Below are positions 39,346 through 51,593 of a stretch of 64,000 bases of DNA, piece after piece. Both the position numbers and the translations under genes were made by a program. Position 1 is the first letter of the stretch; each line of letters opens with the position of its first letter. The notes under the pieces were generated by a model. That model was given only the letters and a program-made list of their open reading frames with translations, was not told the DNA's origin and made no database searches. The DNA comes from Vicugna vicugna. Taxonomy: Eukaryota. The stretch is from positions 647,394 through 711,393 of the forward strand of contig MU058650.1 in the NCBI GenBank assembly GCA_013265495.1, in the 5' to 3' direction.

Positions 39346-39863
39346 TGTAACAGAAAAGAACAAATCTGACTCCACATTAGATCTGTTCCTTCGGCTTTAA
39401 CCCTGAGCCCTGTTTTCTAGGCTCAGTCTTACTGGCTCTGCACCTTTTGTAAAAGAAAGTTGCCTTTAGCCTGAAATATACAGGAGAGCCTGTTCTCAAG
39501 GCTCTGACCTTTAAGGATATTAACACTTTTGCACTTACATAAAGATGACAAGTTGCAGAATAGAAAATAGCATTTGTTTTGTTAGAGGTTTTACAGGGGT
39601 ACCATGAACTGACCCATGTGGACAGCTGCAAGAACAAAGAATTTCTCCACCAAGAAGTTTGCACAAACCAACCACACACCCTCCCCTTTTAGTATAAAAG
39701 GAGCCTGAACTCTGACTTGAGTAAGATGGTTCTCCAAGACATTAGTCTGCCATCCTCTTGGTCTGCTGGCTTTCTGAATAAAGTCGCTATTTCTTGCCCT
39801 AGAACCTCATCTCCCGATTTACTGGCCTGTAGTGTGAGCAGAACGAGTTGGGACTTGGTAACA
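39346..39863 (+). mobile_element. Solo LTR, ERV1-type, family A copy 3, inserted in a MIR
   Basis: tgtaacagaaaagaac...ggacttggtaaca; TATAAAAG ~39693; AATAAA ~39777; 4-bp flanks ccag/gcag. Confidence 0.93.
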
Positions 39864-42035
39864 GCAGGCATGATATGGAGGAAGGGCTCACTGAATGCTA
39901 GTTCTCACTGTTGTGTGAAATGCCATATTTAAAATTCTCAAATAAATATTTTATTGTTTTAATTGGCTGTTTGCTTTTGTAAACCAGACACCCTCTGAGT
40001 TGGGCGGACTACTATGTTTTTTGATAATAAGATGTTTTTAGACATCCTTGAAAGGATGCTTGAGTTTCCTATGTCTTGCTTATCACACATCCCCTATATT
40101 TCTAGGTGCTCTGGAGATGACAAAAAGACTCGGTCTGTTCAGAAAATTCCCAGCAATACCCAGAACATAGCAGATGTTTACTCGTTGATTAAATTCATTA
40201 ATGAAGGGAAAGTGTCATTAAACCTGGCTTCTTGGATTCACTGGAATACATATATACTTTGAAACTTAAAACCAAAATTTTAATACAAGGTCTCCTTATC
40301 ATTTGCTGGTGTCAAAATAAATTGCTCTCGAGGGAGAGGAGCTCCTTCTTTTGAATCCAAGGACTTATGGGCAGTATTTCTTATTCGTGACTAGAAGAGG
40401 GAGCTGGACCCAGGGTCACAGGAATTACAAAGCAATGCAGAACTGAGTGTTTTGACACTATGGCCAGTTGACCACAACTCATGACTTTGTTTTCCAGCTT
40501 GCAGAGGATGAAAAAGCAATATATTTGTCACCCCAAGGAGTTCAAGTTAATGCCCTTCGTACATAACCTTTGGAAAACTGATGGTGTAGACATCAGTGTC
40601 GCTGCATCTTAACATTATTAAGTCACAAAATTTTAGTGTTGAACAATTCTTAAGGATCAATTTTTACCTACGATCCTCATTATAGGTGAACAGTTGGAAG
40701 TCCAAAGAGCTGAGAGGCTTTCTATGAATACTTGGCTAGCCCAGCAACACAGCAGGGTAGAGTCTAAACAAATCAGTAATAGTAAAACTACCTTGTTGTG
40801 AGTGCTTACTGTGTGCTAGGCAGTGCCCCCTGGGACAGCTCTTTCTGCCAGAAGATTCTTGAAAAAGAACAAAGCATAGGCATGGCAAAAGATTTTGCTT
40901 CCATTCGTGGAAAAATAAATTATTTTAGACTGACATGAAAATGTCATGGGTTTCCTGCTGTGGGTTCTTTGTCCATTAGTCAGGAACTCAAGGTCCTCAT
41001 ATACTGGAAACTGTTTTCCCTTAAGTATTTGCATGCCCCTTAGCAAACAAAAGAATTGAGACAGTTTTTATACAGCACAAGCTAATTTAAAGAGGATGCA
41101 GTCTTGAAAAAATGATCCCATTGTTTCTACAACAGGGAAAGGCAACGAGGAGTGTGACCACACAACCAAGTGAGAACAAATAAATAAGACAAAGTCAGGA
41201 AGTGAAAAATCACTCCCTCGCATTCCCTGTCCTGACTTCTGCCTACCCTCCTAAATCTTCTCCTAAAAAGGGTGAGTGCCCAGGAAGATATGGCTTCAAA
41301 AAAGTTCAGATGCATGTGGCGAGTTAAGTTTCTTCCAAACCACATCTCAGCTGCCCTGTCTTGTTTGAGATACTTTAGAAGGTGCTAAATCACCTCAGGT
41401 CACCTTGAAGCCTTATTCTATGTGGCCATCTTAGGGAGGCTGTTTCAGGGTGATGCTGTTGGAACTTCTAGGAACTAAACTCCCCTGAAAAGGGTTAGAG
41501 CAGACCATGCTACAGCAGAATGCCACCGGGTTGAATCAATTTTAGTCTGGTGTCACTACTTTACAGCAGTAAGGAAAGATGGAACTAGAGATGTGTTAAA
41601 TTTGGGAAGACTTTTCATCAGTTCAGATGCTTTATCACGTCCATTTTCAAAAGTCCAGAACTCACAGTTGTTTTTGCCTTCATTTTGGCCGCCTAATTTT
41701 ACTACTTACCCTTTCCTGTGCCTTCCAGTTGTCCCTCTCCCTCCTGTCAGGTTTGTCTACATTTGCCAGATGAGTGGGGATCATTCTGGTCTTCCCACCT
41801 TTGCTGGCAAAGTTTCCACGGCCTGAATGCATCGTCCGCATCCTTATTCTATCAAAGTAATAATGAAGGTAAATTCACAGAGCCCCAAAGGCATTGAGAG
41901 AATACAGCAGTAGCGCCATTTCTGCACCCTACCTCGTCTCACTCCGCAGGGGCACTTTACCTCTTACCTGCTTATATACTAGAATTACCTCCACATTTCT
42001 AGGGATTTTATACATACCATTATCTCTTGAATTTT

Positions 42036-42517
42036 ATTTTTTTTCTTTTTCAGTTTTATTAGGTAGAATTATTACAGTTCGACTGCACATACACATTATA
42101 TTGCATGTAAATACAGTACACTGCACATTTTTTTAGTTTTCATGTATGTCCTGATTATTGTTTCTAAGAACAGATTAGAGCTTTAGCTTTTTAAATTTAC
42201 ACAGTTATCAAAAGAATAAAGCCAACCACAAAATAAGAATCAACAGAATGCGGTAATCCAATCATAAAGGACAAATGTGCTTGCACATATACAAGAACTC
42301 CATCATCTTAGTTATAAATAGTAAGTACTTCATTTGTGTCCTTATTATTATTGTTATTATTTTTTAGATTCCTCATATAAATAATGTCATATGGCATTAT
42401 TCTTTCTCTTTCCAGCCCACCTGACTTAGAATGACAATCTTCAGGTCCATCCATGTTGCTGCAAATGGCATTATTTTATTCTTTTTTATGGCCGAGTATT
42501 GTTCCATTGTCTATATG
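42036..42517 (-). mobile_element. Chimeric L1: ORF2 end/3'UTR start fused to a non-canonical polyadenylated tail
   Basis: L1 part ~42329-42517, foreign tail 42036-42328; single TSD tatctc(t/a)tgaat(t/a)tt at 42021-42035 and 42518-42532. Confidence 0.88.
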
Positions 42518-42799
42518 TATCTCATGAATATTAAACATTATCTACAGAGTTGCTCATACAGTAAAAGAAAACTTTAGTTCTCTTATTATATCTTCAATAT
42601 TTTTAATCACAAATTTGAGTTATTATCTGTCTGTGTTCAAATGGTTTATGCTGAGCCAAGTAGCAAACAATGATGATCATTTCTTACACAACATTTTCTC
42701 CTCTGGAGTTAATAATTATTTGGTCATTAATTCCATCTTAATGTATTGATTTTCTTTCCACATCCACTGAAAGCTCTGTAAAATGCTACTTAATACAAT

Positions 42800-44560
42800 T
42801 TTCCTCTTGGCCAAACTTGTCAGATAACCTACTAAGTCCATTTCTCTCTTGGAGGCACCCTTCCTGGAGTTCTCCCTTTTCCCAGTCTCATCTGGACTGG
42901 CGGCCCCCCAGCTCTGGTGTCACCTCGGATTCCCCTTCATCTCTCTGTGGTGTGGGATTCTCTGTCTCCAGAGCTCCTCGTCTTCCTCTTCCATGCTTTA
43001 GCCTTCAATTTAATAGAGAACTTCTTCCAGGATCTTCTTGAAAATAGAGCCCTTCACAGATACATTTTTGAGATCTTGAATGCCTGAGATATTTTTATTC
43101 TACCTACTAGATTGATTATTTTGCTTAGTATATTTATTTTTTAAGTGAAGTGTAGTCAGTTACAATGTGACAATTTCTGGTGTACAGCATAACGTCCCAG
43201 TCGTGCATATATATGTAGATTAATTTTCATATTTTTTTCATTAAAGGTTATTACAAGGTATTGAATATAGTTCCCTGTGCTACACAGAAGAAATTTGTTT
43301 TTTGTCTATTATTTTGCTTAGCACAGAATTCTATGTTGAAAATCATTTTCCATTAGGATTTTGAAAGTCTATTTCGTTGTCTTCCAATAGCCAGATGGCA
43401 ATGCCATTCTGATTCCCAGTTCTTTGTATGTGATCCTTTTTTCTTCTCTCCAGAAGCTTTTGGCATCTCCTTTTGACCCTTGCATTGTGAAATTTCATGA
43501 TGCTGCATCTCGGCATGGATATCTTGTCATTCATTATGCTGGGTGCTCGACAGGAATTTTCAGTGAACAAATTCTTACCTCTTAGTTATAAAGAAATGTT
43601 TTGTATTACTCTTACTGCCTCTCTTCCCTCCTGCTTATCTTCTGGAACCCTTCAGTTTGATGCTGGAGCTGCTGGACTCATCTTCTAGCTTTGTTATCAC
43701 CTCTTCTATTGACTTCTTTTATTTCATTTTCAGGGAAATTTCCCATCTTTGATATCCTCTTGACTGTTACTCTTTTTGTTTTTTCTGTTTCTGTAATTCC
43801 TCTCAGTCCAATGTTGAGTCTCTGATTTTCTTAACTCTTCTTCCTTATTGTTCATTCTTTGATTCTTTCTTAACTTCATTTCTGGGAGATCTGTTCAACT
43901 TTTACATGTTTCTTTTTTGTAATTCTTTTTTAATTTCTAAGAGTTCTTTACTGTTTTCTGATCATCTTTTATCCTGAATCTTGCTAACAAATAATAAAAA
44001 AAAAAGTCTCATTTCTCTGAAGCTATAGCCTCTCTATGATTTCCTTTATTCTCTGGTTTTTTACTATTGTTTATTTTGGACTTTGTCTTTCGTGTTCTGG
44101 AGCTGTCTGGGGGAAACAGGCTGGAGCCTCATATTCCCATTCTCTGACTTCCACAAAATCTCTCAATTTCAGACGACACTTCATCCTTGCCTTGCTCCAA
44201 TTCCGGTGTTCCAGAGCTTGGCTAAGTGAGGGCAAGAAAAGGTAGTCACCGTGCAGAGTAAGGATCCTTGCTCCATATACAAACTTCCCAATAACCCCAT
44301 TTTTCAGGCTCTGGACTCACTCATCTTCCTCTAGCCTCATGCTTTCTTGGCACCTGGTGCCTCCAATTACTGAAACACTCTGGAGATCAGCTGAGTGAGC
44401 TGGCCCGTTTCTCACTGGTACCCTCTCCTCTGTGTACCTGGACTTGACCTCCTCCCTGGAGCCAAGTCACATACCATTCCTTTATCCGCCTTCCACCCTT
44501 ACCTGCTGATTTGGAGTTATAGATGCCCCCATTCCTTGTTGCCCTGGATTTGTCTTAAAA
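42800..44560 (-). mobile_element. Ancient L1ME/HAL1-like ORF1 and 5' region remnant
   Basis: Minus ORF 43343-43570 (MPRCSIMKFHN...RRKKDHIQRTG) resembles the L1 ORF1 PRHIIxKF motif region. Confidence 0.65.
43129..43307 (-). mobile_element. 5'-truncated young L1 tail
   Basis: Perfect 14-bp TSD attattttgcttag at 43115-43128 and 43308-43321; antisense L1 3'UTR. Confidence 0.92.
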
Positions 44561-44572
44561 TTTGTGTTTGTT

Positions 44573-44722
44573 AAGCTGTAAGGATGTGCTGTACAACACA
44601 GGGAATATAGCTGATGTTTTACAATAGCTATAAATGAAGTATAACCTTTAAAAATTGTGAATCACTATATTGTACTCCTGTAACATGTAACATTGTACAT
44701 TAACTATACTTTGAAAAAAAAA
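44573..44722 (+). mobile_element. L1 3' end, same type as the host 3'UTR at 13660-14710
   Basis: gtacaacacagggaatatagc...gaatcactatattgta...aactatactt followed by an A run at 44714-44722. Confidence 0.88.
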
Positions 44723-45719
44723 GAAATAGTTAAATGTCTTAGGAAACTAAGTGTTGGCATTCCCTAAGCACTGAGGAATGAGGAAAGTAGTAATGACTGT
44801 AGAAATCTATTCTATCAGAATGTAAAACGTTGTTTAAATGTCAAGTCGAATTTTCCAGTTTAAAAAATTCGTTTGTTTTTGTTTTTTTCTAAGAGGAGAA
44901 GGGATGGAAATACCTTTATACCACTTTAAAACTGTTGCTCTCCTTCGTAACCTTTTACATGACACTCTGTCTCATACTTTTCCCCCTCCTCCCAAATCTT
45001 AAAGTCAGAGCGTAAGTAACCACTGTCATTTCCCTGGTTGCAGATCTTACCTGTGCTGTTTCACTGTGGTCTGGCCAACTTCTAACTGCTTCCATCTACC
45101 TCTCTTTGCTGGAAGGACTTTTCTAGAACTGCAGAAGTCTGCCCTGCCTGTGTATTCCCCCGGGAACATCTCCCCAGCTCCCTTCTCCCTTTGGTGAGAT
45201 CATACTGAGCTGTGTGTTGTCTTTTTTTTAATAGTTTTTCTGTGGAATTAAGCTTCAGCTGCTAAGGTCCTAGTGGAAAGCCAGAAATCCTTTTTAACAG
45301 TGAGTGATAAAAGGGACTTTCAATTTCTGCCCAAATTCCCAGGCTCTTGTCCCCAAGCCGAGAATCAGTGCATGCTATGAGGGTAGAATTGGTGTGCGGA
45401 GCATCAGCATCACTTTATCTGGGATAAAGTCTTTGAATTCTGACTTTCTTGGCAATTTTTCGATGCCTGCAAACATGTATTTTTCTTTATTTTCCCTGAA
45501 TCTTTTGGCTGTTCTCTGTAAAAGTATTTGTCTGCCACAAGCTGTGCCATCATAACTGTTCTTTACTTCATTTAAATCTTCTCTATCCATAAAGACCTAT
45601 TCTTTCATATTTCAACTAATTTTACTAAAAATTATTCATCATATGTATTAAAAATACCACCAATAGTTACAGTAGACTTAGTGTCTCAGGACATTCGAAA
45701 TCACTTGGGATAAGAGATA

Positions 45720-45882
45720 ATTTCCACTGTGAGAAATTGCCCTGGACTCATTTAATATTTATCATCTTTTGTCATTTTCCCACTAAATGCCAAAATGTCC
45801 CAATCATATGGCAACCAAAAGACTTCACTACAAATTTCCAAATTCTCCTGAACAGTGTCTTTTCCATGAGAATGACTATTCT
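45720..45882. mobile_element. hAT-Charlie MITE remnant (MER20-like)
   Basis: cccactaaatgcc...gcaaccaaaa...tttccaaat...tgagaatgacta resembles the MER20 group. Confidence 0.45.
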
Positions 45883-45889
45883 GTGCCAA

Positions 45890-46334
45890 CCACGGTAACC
45901 CTTGTCAGTGATTACTTCAGACACGCAGACATGGGCAGTCAGCCCACGGCATCTCTCTAGCACAAGTTAATGGTCCAGCCGTAGGCACGTGATCTAAACT
46001 GGTCCACAGGAATGAATGACTCACTCCTTCATTGTAGCACTCTTTGTTTCTTCTCTCTCTCTGAAAAAGGAAGCATGTAGCTTTATGACACTATTAATAG
46101 TGGAGCCAAATGATTACTGCAATGAGGGTTGTGCTCACAGTGACCGCAGGGCTATAGATGGTCAACTAAAGAGGCAGAAAACATCCTGGGTCCTTGATGC
46201 CACGGTTATGCTGGTAAACCCGCCAACCGGCAAGCCCCAGCTACTTCTAGCTATGTGATGCGGTTACATTGTTGCTTAAGATGGTTTGAGAAAGGCTTTC
46301 TCTCATTTACGTTTAAAGCAGCCAAGCTGACACA
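45890..46334 (+). mobile_element. Old MaLR LTR (MLT1J/K-like)
   Basis: cctgggtccttgatg...ttgttgcttaag...ctgacaca 3' terminus. Confidence 0.55.
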
Positions 46335-46461
46335 AGTGGAGACAGAAGCTCAGTCTCTCGTCTGTTATACCAAGCAATCCAGATCTGGCCCCAACCAAAC
46401 AGAATTGCTGCCTTCTAGCCTTAGAAGACAGTCTAGCAGTTACTTGTGGCCTGTTCAGCAT

Positions 46462-47390
46462 TGTATTAGACTTCTTCAGGGGCAGAGATATATCTGTAAC
46501 AGAAATATTACTTGTATGTAAAACGGACATATGGATTTATTAGAAGAAATTACCATGCGTGACCATGGGGGCGGGCAAGTCCCAGGACCCGCAGGGAAGG
46601 CAGCGAGCCGGACGCCCGGGAGAGCTGGTGCTTTAGCTCCGGGCCAAATCCAAAGGCCTGAGAATCAGAAGAGCCAACGGCATGGTTCCCATCACAGGGC
46701 CAGCGGACTTGAGACCCAGGATGATTCAGTGTTTCTGTTTAAGTCCAAAGGCAGGGGGAAAAAAGCCAGTGTTCTAGTTTGAAAGCAGTCTGGCAGGACA
46801 GAATTCTCTCTTACTCAGGAAAGGGTTAGTCAGTTTGCTCTATTCAGGCCCTCAGCTGACCTGAGGGCAGTCGGCTTTAGCCAGTGCTGGAGGAGGCCAT
46901 CGAGGATGTGACTGCCATTGACCTGTGAGCTGACCCCAGGCAACAGAAGGCCCCCCACTCCCTCCCCTGTCCTTGGAATGTCATTCCCACCCTCAGAATT
47001 GTCCCAAGGATATAAGCTTGAAAGAGTAGAGTGTTGTTGCACTACTGAACATGTGACTGAATGAGTTAAGGCCTCTGCATAAACTTTTAAGATGCTGGCA
47101 GGCAGTTGTACAAACCCACTCATCTAGCACCTGCCCAGGACAAGCCTTGTATGAAGTTCCCCTTGCTTGTTAAAACTGCCACCGACCGGTCTGGAGTGGT
47201 CTGCCTTTTTCTTCCACTTTCCTTGGCCCCCCATATACGGAGACCAGTTTGCAAACCAACAGTCACTCTCTTGATTTAAATGCTAACCTCATCCTACAAC
47301 CCCTTCACAGAAACATGCAGAATAAGGTTTGACCAAATATTTGGGCGCCCCGCTGTCCGGTCAAGTTGACGCATGAAACTAACCTTCACA
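46462..47390 (-). mobile_element. MLT2-type (ERVL) LTR, split by a younger LTR
   Basis: tgtattag...aaaggcctgagaatcag...ctattcaggccctca... and gtcaagttgacgcatgaaactaaccttcaca end. Confidence 0.85.
46885..47261 (+). mobile_element. Solo LTR, family C, nested in MLT2
   Basis: tgctggagg...caaaccaaca TG/CA ends interrupting otherwise contiguous MLT2 sequence; imperfect 5-bp flanks gccag/gtcac. Confidence 0.7.
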
Positions 47391-47949
47391 AGCCAGCACT
47401 TTTAGAAGCTTTATTCTACCTCATCCAAGGAGCTGACAAAGAATCACTGCTAACTGCATGCCACACTCACCTGAGAAACGTTCTAAATAAACGTTCATGC
47501 TGTGTCTTATGACCTTACACTGCTAGAGGTACTTCAGTAGCCTTTATAAATTGATGGCCAGCCAATTGCCACCTTGACCGGCTCCTTACTTGGCTCTGCT
47601 TAAAATACTTGAAATAAAACTAGTTACAATCATGACCGTTTGTTAAATAAATAAAAGAACAAACAAGCAACCCAGGAATAAACTATGACAAATTTTGGTT
47701 CTAGCTCTTAAAAACCCACCCTGGAATTACTGAGAACTGCTCTGAAGCTAATCAGACCGCTAAATTAATGAATAAGCTATTGTGTACAAATTACACCAAT
47801 CTGCTACATGGCAGAAGAGAACAGATGGGAGGCAGGAAATGATGTAAATTCTCTTTAAGCAGAAAAATACCTCCCTCTAATCGTAAGGCGATAGAAATAG
47901 GGGTCCATAAGTAAGGGCAAGTGGTGTCTTGTTCGAGGTGGAGAGAGCT

Positions 47950-48400
47950 CAAGAGGTTGAGAGAGGAATGAATCAAGGCCCTTCTTTCCCTGCCCTAGTC
48001 CTCGAATCATGCCATTTCTCTCCATCTCTTCTGCCATTCTGTACCTCGGGCCACCAGCACCGTTCCCTGGAATTCCTGCGTGAGCCTTCCAACTGCTCCC
48101 TTGGCGTCCTAAACTGTATCTGCTCACCACACTGCAGTCAGGTCATCCTTCCAAATGATGACCATGGTCAGCTTATTCCCCTGCTTCCAACTCTTCAATA
48201 ATGCCTTTTATTCTCAGAATAAAGTCTTCACTCCTTATCAAGGCAGACAAGGCCTTCTCAGTCTGGACCTTGCCAACACCTACACCTGCAGGCAGCTCGG
48301 CACTGCTCACACATCATACTTTAGCCTTCGCAAATATTTTCAGTTCTAGGAGAGCACGATGCTCTTGCTCACTTCAGATTTTGTCTGTGTTTTTCTTTTC
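47950..48400 (+). mobile_element. L2 LINE fragment
   Basis: catttctctccatctcttctgcca...cacactgcagtcaggtcatcctt...ctgcttccaactcttcaataatg pattern. Confidence 0.6.
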
Positions 48401-48404
48401 CACC

Positions 48405-49024
48405 TGTATTTTGTTAGAATTAAGTTGTGATGCAAGTCGCAGTGACTTATACACGAGATAGTTTATTTCTTGCTCATATATTCAAATCACCATCTAGAGC
48501 CATTGTGGAAACTCAGCTGCAAGGGGTCAGGGCTGAGCATGATCAGATCTGTTGCTCTGCTATGCATGGCCTTCATGCCTGAATCTACTCTAAGGTCTAA
48601 TGTGGTTGCTCTGACTCCAGTCATCACAGCTGCATTGCATTGAGAGGGAAAGAAAAATTATGATGAGAAATGCACGTCCCTTCCTTTAAGAATACATACG
48701 GGAGAAAAAAGAAGACACTAATGAACTCACCCACAAAACAGAAACAGACTCACAGTAATAGTAAACAATCTTATAGTTACTGGGGGAAAGGGGTAAGTTT
48801 GGAAGATTAAAAAAAAAAAGAACGCATCCTGGAGGTAGCGCCCACCATTTGTGCTTAGATCTCATTGGCCAGAATATCACTACATTGCACAACCTAACAC
48901 AAGGGAGGCTGAGAAAGACGTTTTCTGTTTTGGTTAGCCATGAGCCTAGCTAAAATTCTGTAATTCTGTGATTGAAGAAGAAAGGGGAAAGAAATGTTCA
49001 GAGATAATTAGCGAGTCTGACACA
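48405..49024 (-). mobile_element. Old MaLR LTR (MLT1J/K-like) containing a small L1 insert
   Basis: tctcattggccagaa...aagggaggctgagaaa...gagtctgacaca. Confidence 0.65.
48705..48817 (+). mobile_element. 113-bp L1 3'UTR internal fragment with A-tail
   Basis: gacactaatgaactcacc..aaaacagaaacagactcacag; A run 48809-48819; degenerate 17-bp TSD at 48688-48704 and 48818-48834. Confidence 0.8.
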
Positions 49025-49530
49025 GCCTGCCCCCTCTCTTTACCACCACTCAGCCTGGCCACCTGGAGGGAAAATGGAATCACTCATGCTCCCTCGCTGG
49101 ACATCCGGTGCCCAGGGACCCAGCTCTATTGCCCTGCATGCGCAGTACCCACATATCAGCGTATAAGCGTGCCGTGCACTGTGCAAGCACAAGGTTGGCC
49201 CACGGGTCACAGTTGGGTAGATGCCAGCTTTGTTAGCCTTGATGCATAAGGCAGACAGGGCTTCCCGCCACCACTGCCAGCGAAGCCTGTGTACTCCTCC
49301 CCACGGTAAAGGCATATCAGAGACACCTATGGCTTCTTGAGTGTTCTTCAGTCTGCCTGGATCCCCGGTGAATCTGCCAGGCCTTGAGCACCTGAGATAC
49401 ACTATCTCTTGGTCATTTTAGGTCCCAGCCTAGCTGTCACCTTTTACAGAAAGCCCTCCTTCTCTTACACTCCCCCAACCTCTGACCCTCCCTCCCTAGT
49501 CAATCCACTAATCGCTCCCTTCACTTACAC

Positions 49531-49893
49531 TGTGAGGGACTGAATATCTGTCTCCCCAAAATTCATATGTTGAAATCCCAGCCTCCAAAGTGATGGTATT
49601 AGGAGGTGAGGTTCAGGGGGGATGATCAGGTCATGAGGGTGAAACCTTCATGAATGGGATTAGTGTCCTTATAAAACAAAACTCGGACAGCGCTCTTTTT
49701 CCTTCTACTTTTTGAGGACACAGAAAGAAGACAGCCACCCATGAAGCAGGAAGGTGTCCTCACCAGACCCCGAGGCTGCTGGCACCCTGATCTTGGACTC
49801 CCAGCCTCCAGAGCTGCGGGAAGTAAACTTCTGCTGCTTGTAATTCCCTGTGTCTGTGGTATTCCGCTGCAGCGATCTGAATGGTCTAAAACA
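49531..49893 (+). mobile_element. MaLR LTR (MLT1A-like)
   Basis: ccccaaaattcatatgttgaaatcc...gaatgggattagtgtccttataaaa...ctgatcttggactcccagcctccaga; 5-bp flanks tacac/cacac. Confidence 0.9.
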
Positions 49894-51593
49894 CACACAG
49901 ACTAAGCGATTTAACCAGGTCACAAAGTAGTAGGGGTGGGATTGGTGTAGGAACCCAGACAGTCTGCCTCTAGGGTCAAGGTGCTGCCCTGAACCACTTC
50001 ACTGAGTTCACCTCTTAAAATTTCTCTGCTCGTCTCCAGAAGGGCAATAAATTGCCAGTGTCTGTTATTGTTGTTTTCTCGTTTTCTAGCCCAAAGCCTA
50101 GCACTTAGTGAGGTCCAAAAAATATTTGTCAAATCAGTGAAAAAGCAAATAATAATGTTTCTCACTGTGGTCTGCGGCTGGCCTGCATTATCTCCAGGGC
50201 CCAGGCAAATTACACAAGATACAAGATAGCTTCATTCATAATGAGGTCATCTGTTCTAGCTTCTCACTCAACAGAAGAAAGTAAAGAAGAAAACAGATAC
50301 AATGAAAAATTTCCATTCGTTTTGGTAGACCTAGGGCCTCAATCTTCCAGGTCCTTGTCCAAGGTACCATATCGGTGCCTGGATGAGAGGCGCAGCTCTG
50401 TGACTGAAAGATGATTTTAAGCCCTGGGGAAGAAGTACCCACTTTAAACAGAGTCATTCACAGGAAAGTACGGGGGAGAAGCAGTCGCCATGAATTTAAT
50501 CTCCTACAGGGCTTTTATGTTTTTGCTAGTCTGGATGTAGAACTTCTAGTTTTAATACAACATCAAGGGATAAAACACTTCTTAACTAAATCTTCTCGGC
50601 ACACAGTCACATGCCTCACAGCTCTGCCTTCCATGTGTGCCCATCTACTTTCCTCTGGAAAACCACAGTGCTTTATGTTCCCTGCTCCTCCACATACTAA
50701 GCTGAGAAGCCAAGATTGTACCCTCTCCTTTGGGAATAAAGCTTCAAGTTGTCCCAGGTGAGATTTTATTGCTTTTGGTCAAAGATCACTGTGAGACTCA
50801 CACCACTGATGTGATCATTTTTAAAACCTCAGCACGTTGTCCAGTTGTGTAAACGTGAATACATATTTGATGAATTTCTACATCATTCAGAGCAAGGAAG
50901 AAAAATCAAAGCATGATTTAATAACAGCCTCTAAGACATCCAGTCATCATGCTGGAGACGTGGCCTAAGGGCTGGGCACAATCAGAGTACGGGACACGGC
51001 AGGGGTCAGAAGGGGTGAACCTGGATCAGGAAGAATTTAAACTAGCTGGAAATTAACTCCTCTGCTTCACCGCCACCCTCAACTTCCCTTTCCTTCCCAG
51101 CCCCCCAGTTTCACACTTCTGCTCACAGGCTTACGTTAATAGGTAAGGTACAATAACATCTTGTACATCTTTTTCCTGAGATCCCACATTTCAGCATTCC
51201 GTTTTATTGTCCAAGCTACCAGAGTGTAAGTCTCAAAATATTAAAAACATAAGTTGCATACAAATAGACAATGAGCCTTAATGTGGGTACCAAAAGGAAA
51301 AGCTGATTCAAAGAGATTTGAAAATACTAAGATATTTATTTATTGTAGGTGGAAAAGAAGAAATGCTGAAATTAGAATGCTGTCTAAACTACAAAACTGG
51401 TTCATATCCCTTAGGGCAATAAAACAAGGTTATCTTCTCTACAGAAAAGGGAAAAAAATCACACTTTTCTTATCTTAAGTTTGTAAAATTGTTTAATCAA
51501 TTGTACAAGGTTTAATCAGTTGTACAAGGCTTATTCCCCCCAAAGAGTCGAAGAATATTTTTAAGACACGTAATCATCTTTGGGTCTCAATTC

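Noticed and set aside
5197..39863. Provirus bounded by the family A LTRs
   Set aside because: Copies 1 and 2 are inverted, each copy has its own flanks, and no primer-binding site, gag, pol or env is seen between them.
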